Below, one piece after another: positions 62,517 through 62,632 of a stretch of DNA of 62,632 nucleotides; within the stretch, counting starts at the first letter, position 1; each line of letters opens with the position of its first letter. The notes under the pieces are model-generated. The model saw only the letters and a list, made by a program, of their open reading frames with translations. It was not told where the DNA came from and did no database searches. Location: assembly GCA_964553035.1 (NCBI GenBank), contig CAZKJH010000005.1:1-62632 (forward strand), read 5' to 3'. The stretch is from an uncultured Lentisphaerales bacterium. GTDB lineage: Bacteria > Verrucomicrobiota > Kiritimatiellia > RFP12 > UBA3636. A program made the position numbers and the translations under genes.

Positions 62517-62600
62517 CTTCACCTGAGAGTCCCCTGGGACCCAGGGAGCCCGAAAGGGCTCTCTGGGGGGGACTCGCAAGGTGCGCCCCCCGGGGGCATA
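62517..62600. repeat. GC-rich nested palindrome with a GAAA loop (AGGGAGCCC-GAAA-GGGCTCTCT inside GAGTCCCC...GGGGACTC inside CACCTT...AAGGTG), followed by GCGCCCCCCGGGGGCAT
   Basis: Read directly. The 15-mer ATGCCCCCGGGGGGC at 52815-52829 is the reverse complement of 62586-62600. Confidence 0.6.
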
Positions 62601-62632
62601 GGTGTTAAGTTAAGGGGTGGAAGTTAGCGGTT

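Overview
This is a 62.6-kb chromosomal segment from a diderm bacterium, judged from an LpxL-type acyltransferase and a GspC-like protein. I cannot assign a taxon from the sequence alone. All calls come from reading the sequence and ORF translations by eye; no searches were run.

Layout:
- 0.4-12.3 kb (minus strand): a signal-transduction operon, cheR - GxxExxY - dCache/GAF hybrid kinase - REC/PAS protein - truncated CHASE/PAS protein - CHASE hybrid kinase.
- 12.5-21.3 kb: a minus-strand operon encoding a fused E1 alpha-beta, E3 and E2 of a 2-oxoacid/acetoin-type dehydrogenase complex plus two sugar-phosphate-type dehydrogenases, with a divergent DeoR regulator.
- 21.5-36.6 kb: housekeeping genes (UvrD-like helicase, metH, TIM-barrel isomerase, a small ferredoxin missing from the ORF track, a glycosyltransferase, dnaE, trkH/trkA) and a deletion remnant of a lysine-2,3-aminomutase/acetyltransferase pair.
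- 36.6-46.9 kb: a type I restriction-modification island, hsdM - Bro-N/Fic fusion - four-helix-bundle protein - hsdS - DUF1016 fragment - hsdR - YD-repeat fragment.
- 46.9-62.4 kb: FGGY kinase, ahcY, lpxL-like, rsfS, uxaC, zinc-ribbon protein, RNase P RNA, gspC-like, marC, lactonase, map, HAD hydrolase, aldo-keto reductase, GH4 glycosidase and a frameshifted PL22-like remnant.

Most unusual observations:
1. Every cistron junction of the R-M operon carries a CTAG-rich palindromic module built from 9-mers. The module is read in one conserved frame as Pro/Thr/Ser/Lys-rich tails on HsdM, Fic and HsdS. At hsdS it has expanded into a 20-unit 9-bp microsatellite.
2. Two small accessory genes (GxxExxY and four-helix-bundle) sit inside operons bracketed by complementary arms. 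This resembles the stem-plus-ORF layout of 23S rRNA intervening sequences.
3. An intact Fic enzyme fused to a Bro-N-like domain is embedded in the R-M operon, which follows PrrC-like logic.
4. A 2 x 1616-bp tandem duplication created an output-less CHASE/PAS sensor.
5. Several families of structured intergenic repeats are present.

No CRISPR array, rRNA, tRNA, transposase or integrase was recognised.
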